The notes beneath the pieces are model-generated. The model was given only the letters and a program-made list of their open reading frames with translations. It searched no databases and had not been told where the DNA came from. Below, one piece after another: positions 10,020 to 18,814 of a stretch of DNA of 64,000 bases. Each line of letters opens with the position of its first letter. Positions within the stretch are counted from its first letter, which is position 1. This stretch comes from Verrucomicrobiota bacterium (GTDB lineage: Bacteria > Verrucomicrobiota > Verrucomicrobiia > Opitutales > Opitutaceae), in NCBI GenBank assembly GCA_043815125.1, contig JBDRJH010000198.1, forward strand, positions 4,892 through 68,891, in the 5' to 3' direction. A program made the translations under genes and the position numbers.

Positions 10020-10946
10020 ATGACCATGCCCGGCCACACCTCGGTTTTGCTGCGCGAGTGCCTCGCCCTGCTCGCGCCGCGCGCCGGAGCCCGCTTCCTC
10101 GACGCCACCTTCGGCGGCGGCGGCCACACCCGCGCCCTGCTCGAGGCCGCGCCCGGCGTGCAGGTCGTCGCGCTCGACCGCGACCCCGCCGCCCAGCCGC
10201 GCGCCGCCGCGCTGACCGCGGAGTTCGGCGACAACGTCCGTCTCATCGACAGCGACTTTGGAGACCTCGCGCAACTCGACCTCGGCGCCAAGCTGGACGG
10301 CGCTCTCTTCGACCTCGGGGTCTCTTCCTTTCAACTCGACGACGCCGAGCGCGGCTTCTCCTTCCGCAACGACGCGCCCGCCGACATGCGCATGGACCCC
10401 CGCCGCGGTGTCTCCGCCGCGCAGTGGCTGGAAACCGCCTCGGAGGACATGCTGTTCCGCGCCGTGCGCGACTACGGCGAGGAACACCATTGGCGCCGCG
10501 TCGTGCGCGCCATCATCGCCGCCCGCGGCACCGGCGCGCTCGCCCGCACCGCCTCGCTCGCCGAAACCATCGCCAACGCCATCCCGCCCAAGGACCGCTT
10601 CGGCTCCCGCATTCATCCCGCCACCCGCGCCTTTCAGGGCATCCGCATCGCCGTCAACGACGAGATCGGCGCCATCGAACGCGCGCTCCCCGTCGCCTTC
10701 GAGCGCCTCGCCCCCGGCGGCGTGCTCGCGGTCATCAGCTTCCACTCCCTCGAGGACCGTCCCGTCAAGCAGCTCTTCCGCCGCCTCTGCGGCCGCCCCG
10801 AGGGCCGGCAGGACAACCGCCCCGCCGACCTGCGCACGCAGCTCGCCGAGGACCTCACCCGCAAGCCCATCACCCCCGCCGACGACGAACTCGCCGCCAA
10901 CCCCCGCAGCCGCTCCGCCAAACTCCGCGCCATCCGCAAACTTTAA
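10020..10946 (+). CDS. rsmH: 16S rRNA (cytosine1402-N4)-methyltransferase RsmH (MraW).
   Basis: ORF 9987..10946 trimmed to ATG 10020. '[13 protein letters not shown]' and the SAM motif '[12 protein letters not shown]' are present, together with '[13 protein letters not shown]' and '[11 protein letters not shown]'. Confidence 0.9.
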   Translation: MTMPGHTSVLLRECLALLAPRAGARFLDATFGGGGHTRALLEAAPGVQVVALDRDPAAQPRAAALTAEFGDNVRLIDSDFGDLAQLDLGAKLDGALFDLGVSSFQLDDAERGFSFRNDAPADMRMDPRRGVSAAQWLETASEDMLFRAVRDYGEEHHWRRVVRAIIAARGTGALARTASLAETIANAIPPKDRFGSRIHPATRAFQGIRIAVNDEIGAIERALPVAFERLAPGGVLAVISFHSLEDRPVKQLFRRLCGRPEGRQDNRPADLRTQLAEDLTRKPITPADDELAANPRSRSAKLRAIRKL

Positions 10947-10982
10947 TCCGCTCCGACCGACTTCACCGTCCCTCTCCCCGCC

Positions 10983-11390
10983 ATGAACACCTCCGGCAAA
11001 AACGCCTTCATCAACCAGCTCTTCGTCTACGTGCTGGTCGGCGTCTGCCTGAGCGGAAGCGCCGGCCTCGGCGCCGTCTGGCTGCGTCACCAGATTTCCA
11101 TTACGGCCAACCACACCCGCCGCCTCGAGGTCCGCCTCGCCGAGGCCGAGCGCCGCCTGGCCGAGGTCACCACCTACGTCGCCGCCGAGCAGTCGCCCGA
11201 CGCCCTCGAACGCCGCAACCGCGAGATGCGGCTCGGCCTCGTCATGCCGCGCGAGCCCCAGGTCGTGCGCGTCGCCGAGTCCCCCGAGCGCCGCCTCGCC
11301 GCCCGCCGCAACGCCGATCTCTTCGCCGACGAACCCGCCGCCACCCCCGTCCGCTTCACGCTCACTGGAGGGGCGCGCCAACGCCAATGA
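10983..11390 (+). CDS. ftsL: FtsL-like small bitopic cell-division protein.
   Basis: 135 aa with one TM helix ('LFVYVLVGVCLSGSAGLGAVWL') followed by a coiled-coil-like segment ('RRLEVRLAEAERRLAEV'). It occupies the canonical slot between rsmH and ftsI. Its stop overlaps the ftsI start (ATGA at 11387-11390). Confidence 0.6.
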   Translation: MNTSGKNAFINQLFVYVLVGVCLSGSAGLGAVWLRHQISITANHTRRLEVRLAEAERRLAEVTTYVAAEQSPDALERRNREMRLGLVMPREPQVVRVAESPERRLAARRNADLFADEPAATPVRFTLTGGARQRQ

Positions 11391-13192
11391 CCCAGCGCGG
11401 ATTCGCCAGCAACTACCGGATCGTGCTCATCGCCGGCGCCCTGTTTGCGTCGCTCGGTTGCGTCGCCCTCCGGCTGGCCGATCTGCACGTCTTCAGCCGC
11501 GACTACTACGTCGCGCAGATCGAGCGCGCCCGCTACCGAATCGATGTCGAGACCGCCCGCCGCGGCGACATCCTCGCGGCCAACGGCGACGACATCCTCG
11601 CCACCTCGCGCAGCCTCATCCAGCTCGGCGTTGACCCGCAGTCCCTCCGCGAGGAGGACCGCTCCAAGTGGCCCGAGCTCGCCCGCCTGGTCGGCATCCC
11701 GCTCGCGCAGCTCACCGCCGCCTTCGAGACCAAGACCCGCCCCGCGGCGGACGACCAGGCCGGCGACTCCGGCCGTCTCATCCGCTGGGCCAAGCTCAGC
11801 GACGAGGTCCAGGAATCCACCTACGCCGAGATCCTCCGGCTCGGCGTCAAGGGCGTCTACGGCAACCGCACCTACCGCCGCGCCTACCCGCACAACAGCC
11901 TCGCCTCCCACGTCATCGGCTTCGTCAACAAGGAGGGCCAGCCCTCCGGCGGCGTCGAGGCCTTCGCCGATTTCTACCTGCGCGGCCGCGACGGCTGGCG
12001 CGAGTCCGAGAAGGACGGCCTGCGCCGCGAGCTCGCCCAGTTCCGCACCCGCGAGGTGCCCGCCGCCGACGGCTACGGCGTCGTGCTCTCCATCGATTCG
12101 GTCATCCAGCACATGGTCGACGAGGAACTCGCCGCCATCGCGCAAAAGTTCAAGCCGCAGAAGGCCACCATCATCGTCACCGATCCGGAGACCGGCTTCA
12201 TCCTCGCCCTCGGCAACTACCCGACCTTCGACCTCAACGAATTCTCCACCGCGCCGATCGCCAGCCAGCGCAACATCGCCGCCGCCGACCTCTACGAACC
12301 CGGCTCCACCTTCAAGATCGTGCCCGCCGCCATGGCGCTCAACGAGGGCCTCGTCAGCCCCGGCACCCGCCTGCCCTGCAACCAGGAAACCGTCGCCTAC
12401 AACGGCCGCGAGCTGCGCCTCATGCGCGACGACCACGCCTCGCCCATCCCGCTCACCGTCGCCCAGATCATCAGCCACTCCAGCAACAACGGCGCGGCCC
12501 GCCTCGCCATGCTCGCCGGCGACCAGAAACTCCACGACTACGCCCGCGCCTTCGGCTTCGGCGAGCAGACCGGCTTCCCCCTCGGCTACGAGGGCTCCGG
12601 CCTCTTCAATCCGGTCAGCAAGTGGAGCGGCATCGACATCACCCGCATCCCCGCCGGCTACACCATCGCGGCCACCCCGCTGCAGATCCACTACGCCATG
12701 GCGACCATCGCCAACGACGGCCTGCTCATGCGCCCGCAGATCATCCGCGAGGTGCGCGACACCACCGGCGAGACCGTCTACGAGTTTGGCAAGTCCGTCC
12801 GCCGCGCCGTCGTCTCGCCCGAGACCGCCCGCGTGATGGCCCGTCTGCTCGAGGGCGTCGTCACCGACGGCACCGGCAAGGTCGCCAACATCCCCAACTT
12901 CGAAATCGCCGGCAAGACCGGCACCGCCCAGAAGCTCATCGACGGCCGGTATTCAAACCGCCACCACGTCGGCTCCTTCGTTGGATTTTTCCCCGCCACC
13001 CATCCCCGCGCCGTCATCAGCGTCATCGTCGACGACGGTCGCCCCGCCTCCGGCGGCGTGGGCTACGGCAGCGTGGTCGCCGCGCCCAGCTTCAAGCGCA
13101 TCGCGGAGCAACTCATCCAGTATCTCGACATCAAACCCGCCGCCGCGTCCGCCAGCGGCGGCCTGCTCGCCATGGAAGGAGGCCGTCAATGA
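11387..13192 (+). CDS. ftsI: Peptidoglycan D,D-transpeptidase FtsI (class B PBP).
   Basis: In-frame tail of ORF 10058..13192 starting at ATG 11387 ('MTQRGFASNYRIVLIAGALFA...'). It has a TM anchor and the transpeptidase motifs 'STFK', 'SHSSNN' (SxN) and 'KTGT'. Confidence 0.9.
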   Translation: MTQRGFASNYRIVLIAGALFASLGCVALRLADLHVFSRDYYVAQIERARYRIDVETARRGDILAANGDDILATSRSLIQLGVDPQSLREEDRSKWPELARLVGIPLAQLTAAFETKTRPAADDQAGDSGRLIRWAKLSDEVQESTYAEILRLGVKGVYGNRTYRRAYPHNSLASHVIGFVNKEGQPSGGVEAFADFYLRGRDGWRESEKDGLRRELAQFRTREVPAADGYGVVLSIDSVIQHMVDEELAAIAQKFKPQKATIIVTDPETGFILALGNYPTFDLNEFSTAPIASQRNIAAADLYEPGSTFKIVPAAMALNEGLVSPGTRLPCNQETVAYNGRELRLMRDDHASPIPLTVAQIISHSSNNGAARLAMLAGDQKLHDYARAFGFGEQTGFPLGYEGSGLFNPVSKWSGIDITRIPAGYTIAATPLQIHYAMATIANDGLLMRPQIIREVRDTTGETVYEFGKSVRRAVVSPETARVMARLLEGVVTDGTGKVANIPNFEIAGKTGTAQKLIDGRYSNRHHVGSFVGFFPATHPRAVISVIVDDGRPASGGVGYGSVVAAPSFKRIAEQLIQYLDIKPAAASASGGLLAMEGGRQ

Positions 13193-13317
13193 TCGGCTAC
13201 CTCACGCAAAACCACGGACTCATCCAGGCCTTCACCCAGCAACCGCGCGCCGTCCTCGGCGCCACGACCGCCGCCACCCGGCGCCGCGCCCGCACCACTT
13301 CAAACCGCGTCTTCAAA

Positions 13318-14802
13318 ATGGCCCCCCAACTCTCCGATCTGTTCCCCGAGGGCGAAGTCGTCTCCGTGCGCGGCGAACTGGCCCGACCCATCTCCGGCAT
13401 CGTCATGGACAGCCGCCGCGTCGTTCCGGGCAACGTGTTCTTCGCGCTCCCCGGCCTGCGCACCACCGGCGCCGGCTACATCGACGAGGCCGTCAGCCGC
13501 GGCGCGGTCGCCGTCATCGTATCCGAAATCCCGCGACACACCCCCTCCAAGGTCACCTTCGTGCAGGTCGCCGATCCCCGCGCCACGCTCGCCCGCGTCG
13601 CCCGCCGCTACTACAAGACGCCCGACCGCGACCTCGAGGTCGTCGGCATCACCGGCACCAACGGCAAGACCACCGTCTCGCACCTCGCCAAGCTCTTCCT
13701 TGAGGAGGACCGCCGCGTCGGCCTGCTCGGCACCATCAACTACGACCTCGGCGCCCGCACCGTGCCGTCGTTCAAGACCACGCCCGAGTCCATCGACATC
13801 TACGGCATGCTCGCCCAGATGCGCGACGCCGGCTGCCGCGAGGCCGTCATGGAGGTCAGCTCCCACGGCATCGACCAAAAGCGCGTGCTCGACCTCGACT
13901 TCCGCGTCGCCGTCTTCACCAACCTCACCCGCGACCACCTCGACTACCACCCCGACATGGAGGCGTATTTTGAGGTCAAGAGCCGCCTCTTCACCGGCGG
14001 CTCCGGCCGTCCGCCCCAGCTCTCGGTCATCAATATCGACGACGCCCACGGCCGCCGTATCGCCGGCCTGGTGCCCGCCGGCGTGCGCACGCTCACCTAC
14101 GGCGAGTCGTCCGACGCCGACGTGCGCGCCGAGAATATCGAGCTCGGTTTCAAGCACACCGCCTTCACCCTCGTCTGGCCCGACGGCCGCGCCGAGGTCA
14201 GCTCGCCGCTCGTCGGCCGCTACAACGTTTCCAACGTGCTCGCCGCCGCCGCCACCGCCATCGGCATGGGGCGCAACCCGCACCGCTTCCTCGCCAAGCT
14301 CGCGGCCTTCGGCGGCGTCGCCGGCCGCATGGAGCGCATCGAGGAGGGCCAGGAATTCAACGTGCTCGTCGACTACGCACACACCGACGACGCCCTCGAC
14401 CACGCCGTCGGCATGCTCCGCGCCATCACCCCCGGCCGCCTGTTCGTCGTCTTCGGCTGCGGCGGCAACCGCGACCGCGCCAAGCGCCCCCTCATGGTCG
14501 CCGCGGTGCAAAAGCACGCCGACTTCGCCTTCGCCACCGCCGACAACCCCCGCGGCGAGTCGCTCAACCAAATCTTCGACGACATGAAGACCGGCGTCAC
14601 CCAGCCCGGCAAGATCACCTGGATCGAGGACCGCCGCCGCGCCATCAGCCTCGCCCTCGACATGTGCAAACCCGGCGATTCCCTGCTCGTCGCCGGCAAG
14701 GGCCACGAGACGTATCAGGAATTCGCCGACACGGTCACCCCGTTCGACGACCGCCAGGTCGTGCGCGAGCTCCTCGACATCAAACAACTTCGCAACGGAT
14801 GA
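13318..14802 (+). CDS. murE: UDP-N-acetylmuramoyl-L-alanyl-D-glutamate--2,6-diaminopimelate ligase MurE.
   Basis: In-frame tail of ORF 11668..14802. It carries the P-loop 'GITGTNGKTT' and 'DNPRGE'. The start is placed at ATG 13318 ('MAPQLSDLF'). An upstream in-frame ATG at 13189, which overlaps the ftsI stop as ATGA, is an alternative. Confidence 0.88.
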   Translation: MAPQLSDLFPEGEVVSVRGELARPISGIVMDSRRVVPGNVFFALPGLRTTGAGYIDEAVSRGAVAVIVSEIPRHTPSKVTFVQVADPRATLARVARRYYKTPDRDLEVVGITGTNGKTTVSHLAKLFLEEDRRVGLLGTINYDLGARTVPSFKTTPESIDIYGMLAQMRDAGCREAVMEVSSHGIDQKRVLDLDFRVAVFTNLTRDHLDYHPDMEAYFEVKSRLFTGGSGRPPQLSVINIDDAHGRRIAGLVPAGVRTLTYGESSDADVRAENIELGFKHTAFTLVWPDGRAEVSSPLVGRYNVSNVLAAAATAIGMGRNPHRFLAKLAAFGGVAGRMERIEEGQEFNVLVDYAHTDDALDHAVGMLRAITPGRLFVVFGCGGNRDRAKRPLMVAAVQKHADFAFATADNPRGESLNQIFDDMKTGVTQPGKITWIEDRRRAISLALDMCKPGDSLLVAGKGHETYQEFADTVTPFDDRQVVRELLDIKQLRNG

Positions 14803-14808
14803 CCCTCG

Positions 14809-16215
14809 GTGCCGCGCTTCGATCCCCAACTCCTCGCCACATGGACCTCCGGTAGCTGGACGTCGCTTCCCGTGAAGCCCGCCGCCGGCTTCACCATGGA
14901 CGCGCGCTCGCTGCGCGCCGGCGAGGTGTTCGTGGCGATCAAGACCGACCGCCGCGACGGCCACGACTTTCTCGCCCAGGCCGCCGCCGCCGGCGCGTCC
15001 GCCGCGCTGGTCTCGCGCGCCGACCCCGCCGTCGACCTGCCGCAGCTCGTCGTCGCCGATCCGCTCAAGGCCTTTCAAGCCATCGCCCGCGCGCACCGCT
15101 GCGCCTTCAAGGGCCAGGTCGTCGGCATCACCGGCAGCGCCGGCAAGACCTCGACCAAGAACCTGCTCGCGCTCCTGCTCGGCGGCGCGGAGGGCGGACC
15201 GGAAGGCGGCGTGCTCGCCACCGAGGGCAACCTCAACAACCACCTCGGCGTGCCGCTCACGCTCACCAAGATCGACCCTGACGCGCACCGCTTCGCCGTC
15301 ATCGAGGCCGGCATCAGCGAGCCCGGCGAGATGGCTCCGCTGGCCGACATGATCCTGCCCGACGTCTCCATCGTCACGCTGGTCGCGCCCGCGCACATCG
15401 AGGCGCTCGGCTCGGTCGAAGGCGTCGCCGCCGAGAAGGCCCGGCTGCCCGCCGCCACCCGCGCCGGCGGCATCGCGGTCTTCCCGCGGCAGTGCGCGCA
15501 GTTCACCCCCTTTCGCAAGCTCGGCGTCGACACCATGATCGTCGAGCCCGCCGACGTCGTCCGTCCCGCCCGTCCGCCTGAGGACCGCGTCTACTTCACC
15601 GTCACCCACCGCGGCGCCGAGACCGCGCTGGCCATCGCCTACGGCGAGCCGCCGCCCCTGGTCTTCACCTGCCGCCGCGTGTCTGACGGCATGGCTCAGA
15701 ACGCCGTGCTCGCCGTGTGCGCCGCGCTCTGGCTCGGCGTCGAGCCGGCCGACATCCGCGCGCGTCTCGCCGGCTGGACGCCCGCCGCGCTGCGTGGCGA
15801 GGTCCGCCGCGACGCCGACGGACGCCTGCTCTACCTCGACTGTTACAACGCCAACCCCGCCGCCATGACCGATGCGCTCGACGCCTTCGCCGGCATCGCG
15901 CCCGCCGCCGAGCCGCGTCTCTACGTGCTCGGCTGCATGGGCGAGCTCGGCCCGCAGAGTCCGATGTTGCACCGCGCACTCGGTCGCAATCTTCGCCTGC
16001 GCGCCGGCGACCACGTCTGTGTGATCGGCGATGACGCCGAACAAATCCGACTCGGCGCGCTTGAGGGTGGCATCCCCGCCGAACAGATCGACGTCGTGCA
16101 GGACCTGGACGCCATTCGTGAGCGTTTGGTAAATTTTAATGGCGCGGTGTTCATCAAGGGCAGTCGCCGCTATAAGCTTGAAACCTTGGTGTCCACGGAG
16201 GCCGCCGCCCACTGA
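14809..16215 (+). CDS. murF: UDP-N-acetylmuramoyl-tripeptide--D-alanyl-D-alanine ligase MurF.
   Basis: GTG start at 14809. It has the P-loop 'GITGSAGKTSTK' and Mur-ligase middle and C-terminal domains, and sits between murE and mraY. Confidence 0.9.
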   Translation: MPRFDPQLLATWTSGSWTSLPVKPAAGFTMDARSLRAGEVFVAIKTDRRDGHDFLAQAAAAGASAALVSRADPAVDLPQLVVADPLKAFQAIARAHRCAFKGQVVGITGSAGKTSTKNLLALLLGGAEGGPEGGVLATEGNLNNHLGVPLTLTKIDPDAHRFAVIEAGISEPGEMAPLADMILPDVSIVTLVAPAHIEALGSVEGVAAEKARLPAATRAGGIAVFPRQCAQFTPFRKLGVDTMIVEPADVVRPARPPEDRVYFTVTHRGAETALAIAYGEPPPLVFTCRRVSDGMAQNAVLAVCAALWLGVEPADIRARLAGWTPAALRGEVRRDADGRLLYLDCYNANPAAMTDALDAFAGIAPAAEPRLYVLGCMGELGPQSPMLHRALGRNLRLRAGDHVCVIGDDAEQIRLGALEGGIPAEQIDVVQDLDAIRERLVNFNGAVFIKGSRRYKLETLVSTEAAAH

Positions 16216-16221
16216 TTTTCG

Positions 16222-17343
16222 ATGCTCAGTTACCTGTCACAATTTGAGGAGTTTTTCGGCCCGCTGCGTTTGCTGCGGTTCATCACCGTGCGCGCGTTGC
16301 TCGCGGCCGGCACGGCCACGGTGTTCGGCTTCATCATCGCGCCGTTCCTGATCGCCAAGCTTCGCCAGCTCAAGTTCGGCCAGCACTACGACGACGACCG
16401 CACCGGCGACCTCGCGTCGCGCTTCGACAAAAAGAACACGCCGACGATGGGCGGCCTGCTGATCTTCTTCTGCGTGTTCTTCGCCACCGTGCTCTGCGCC
16501 GCGCCCAACATCTGGGTCATTGTCGCGCTCTTCGTCTACTCGGCGCTGACCGCGGTCGGCTTCCGCGACGACTTCCTGAAGGCCGTCAAAAAAAATCGCG
16601 ACGGCATCTCGTCGAAGGAAAAGATGTTTTGGCAGACCGTCACCACGGTCCTCGCGCTCGCCGCGCTCATGCTGCATCCCGACAGCGCCGACAAGATCCG
16701 CGAGTTCTGGGTCCCGTTTTTCAAGGAACCCGTCTACATCTTCGCCGGTGTGTTCGGCGTGATCGCGTTGTTCATCTTTGTCTTCTTCTGGCTGGTCGGC
16801 TTCAGCAACGCCATCAACCTCACCGACGGCCTCGACGGACTCGCCATCGGTTGCACGATCACCGTCGCGCTGGTCTACGGCCTGATGGCCTACGCGGCCG
16901 GCAACACCAAGATCGCCGACTACCTGCTCATCAGCTACGTGCCCGGGGTGGGGGAGCTCGCCATCATCTGCGCCGCGCTGGTCGGCGCCGGCATGGCGTT
17001 TCTCTGGTATAACTCTCATCCCGCCGAGGTCTTCATGGGCGACACCGGCTCGCTCGCCATCGGCGGCCTCATCGGCGTCATCGCCTTCATGGTGCAGCAA
17101 CCGCTCACGCTCGTCATCGTCGGCGGCGTGTCCGTGGTCGAGGCGCTCTCGGTCATCATTCAGGTCGGTTGGTTCAAATACACCCGCAAGACCACCGGTG
17201 CCGGACAGCGCTTCTTCCTGATGGCGCCGATCCACCACCACTTCCAAAAAAAGGGCTGGCCGGAGACCAAGGTCGTTTTGCGCTTTTGGGTGATCTCGCT
17301 CATGTGTGCCCTGGCCGGCCTGGCCACGCTCAAACTCCGCTGA
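16222..17343 (+). CDS. mraY: Phospho-N-acetylmuramoyl-pentapeptide-transferase MraY.
   Basis: Polytopic membrane protein with 'NAINLTDGLDGLA', 'MGDTGSLAIGG' and 'APIHHHF'. Confidence 0.95.
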   Translation: MLSYLSQFEEFFGPLRLLRFITVRALLAAGTATVFGFIIAPFLIAKLRQLKFGQHYDDDRTGDLASRFDKKNTPTMGGLLIFFCVFFATVLCAAPNIWVIVALFVYSALTAVGFRDDFLKAVKKNRDGISSKEKMFWQTVTTVLALAALMLHPDSADKIREFWVPFFKEPVYIFAGVFGVIALFIFVFFWLVGFSNAINLTDGLDGLAIGCTITVALVYGLMAYAAGNTKIADYLLISYVPGVGELAIICAALVGAGMAFLWYNSHPAEVFMGDTGSLAIGGLIGVIAFMVQQPLTLVIVGGVSVVEALSVIIQVGWFKYTRKTTGAGQRFFLMAPIHHHFQKKGWPETKVVLRFWVISLMCALAGLATLKLR

Positions 17344-17363
17344 ACCCGAACCATGGAAACGCA

Positions 17364-17468
17364 TTTTAACGCAAAGCCGCAAAGGCGCGAAGATCGCAAA
17401 GGTTTCGGAATTACCGAATCCGCTCGTCGACTTTGCGACCTCTGCGCCTTTGCGCCTTTGCGTTAAAA
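17364..17468. repeat. Intergenic hairpin repeat of about 105 nt, built from tandem CGCA(A/G)AG units with TTTTAACGC...GCGTTAAAA termini (copy 1).
   Basis: The left arm is TTTTAACGCAAAGCCGCAAAGGCGCGAAGATCGCAAAG. The reverse complement of the right arm is TTTTAACGCAAAGGCGCAAAGGCGCAGAGGTCGCAAAG, a near-perfect match. A related copy lies at 56177-56279. Confidence 0.8.
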
Positions 17469-17487
17469 CTCCGATCCGTTCGCCGCC

Positions 17488-18780
17488 ATGCAACCCACCA
17501 TCCCCGCCTTCCTCAAACCGTTGCTCGCCGACCATCCGGTCGCCGTGTTCGGCGGCGGCGTGAGCGGACGCGGCGTGGTCGCGCTGGCGGAGTGGCTGGG
17601 CGCGACGAGCCGGGTTTTCGATCTGGCCGACGGTGGCGATTTTCGCGCGGCCGACGCGCAGACGCACAAGCTCGTGGTCTTTTCGCCCGGCTTCGCCCCG
17701 ACCCATCCGTGGCTGACCGCCGCGCGCGCCGCCGGTTGTGTGTGCATCGGCGAGCTGGACTTCGCTTCGCTCTTTTGGCGCGGCGCGGTCGTCGCCGTCA
17801 CCGGCACCAACGGCAAGACCACCCTCGTCGAGTTCCTCACCCACGCGTTGAAGAGCATCGGCGTCGACGCCGTCGCCACCGGCAACATCGGGCGCTCCTT
17901 TTGCCAGCTCGTCGTCGACCGCTCCGGCGGCTCCGGCGACACGACCGCGGTCTGCGAGGTCAGCTCCTTCCAGGCGGAGACGCTGCGGCACTTCCGCGCG
18001 GACTCGGTCATCTGGACCAACTTCGCCGAGGATCACCTCGAGCGTCATGGTTCGATGGATACTTACTTCCTCGCCAAGTGGCGCCTGTTTGAGCGCGCCA
18101 TCGGCGGTCACGTCTACGCCGGCTCCAGCGTGTGGCGCCACGCCGAGCGGGTGGGGCAGCCGCTGCCGGCCGAGGCGATGGTCGACACCGCCGACCAAAC
18201 CGGCGATCTGCTGCTTCAGGGAACCGCCTTCGCCGGCCATCCGCAGCGCGAGAACTTCCTGTTGGCCGACGCCTGGTGGCGCGGGCAGAACCTCCGCGAG
18301 GGCGCGCTCTACGCCGCCGCGCACACCTTCACGCTCGCCGACCACCGCCTGCAAAAGGTCGCCGTCACCGCGCCGGGCGTCACCTGGTGGAACGATTCCA
18401 AGGCCACCAATTTCCACGCCGTCGAGGCTGCGCTCGGCTCCTTCGCCGAGCCCGTGGTGCTCATCGCCGGCGGCAAGTCCAAGGGTGGCGACGTCGGCGC
18501 CTTTGTGCAACGCATCGCCCCGCGCGTGCGCCACGCCCTGTTGATCGGCGAGACCCGCAACGTGCTCGCGCTGTTCTGCGCCCAGCACGGCGTCGCCTAC
18601 ACGTTGTGCGAGGACCTCGCCGCCGCCGTGACCGCCGCCGGCCTCCTCGCCGGACCCGCCGGGCACGTGCTGCTCAGCCCCGGTTTCGCCAGTTTTGATC
18701 AATTTTCCGGATACGCCGACCGCGGCGAGCGTTTCGTGAAGCTCGTCAACGACTTGGGCGTCGATCCCGTTTTGGTATAG
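17488..18780 (+). CDS. murD: UDP-N-acetylmuramoylalanine--D-glutamate ligase MurD.
   Basis: N-terminal Rossmann motif 'VAVFGGGVSGRG' and P-loop 'VTGTNGKTT'. 'WNDSKATN' is typical of MurD. TAG stop. Confidence 0.9.
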   Translation: MQPTIPAFLKPLLADHPVAVFGGGVSGRGVVALAEWLGATSRVFDLADGGDFRAADAQTHKLVVFSPGFAPTHPWLTAARAAGCVCIGELDFASLFWRGAVVAVTGTNGKTTLVEFLTHALKSIGVDAVATGNIGRSFCQLVVDRSGGSGDTTAVCEVSSFQAETLRHFRADSVIWTNFAEDHLERHGSMDTYFLAKWRLFERAIGGHVYAGSSVWRHAERVGQPLPAEAMVDTADQTGDLLLQGTAFAGHPQRENFLLADAWWRGQNLREGALYAAAHTFTLADHRLQKVAVTAPGVTWWNDSKATNFHAVEAALGSFAEPVVLIAGGKSKGGDVGAFVQRIAPRVRHALLIGETRNVLALFCAQHGVAYTLCEDLAAAVTAAGLLAGPAGHVLLSPGFASFDQFSGYADRGERFVKLVNDLGVDPVLV

Positions 18781-18814
18781 CTCTCAACAACCTCTCACAC
18801 CTACACTCACCGCC

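Noticed and set aside
13300-16212. Very long ORFs antisense to, or out of frame with, recognisable genes. Examples are 1723..3132-, 7600..9309-, 9915..11387-, 13300..16212-, 16237..18702-, 21729..24515-, 31106..33838+, 35245..37962- (upstream part), 43566..46046- and 48895..51630+.
   Set aside because: Their translations are dominated by Arg/Gly/Ala/Pro/Asp/His runs with no recognisable motifs. They overlap genes with clear conserved signatures on the other strand or frame. Stop codons are rare in non-coding frames of high-GC DNA, so long spurious ORFs are expected.
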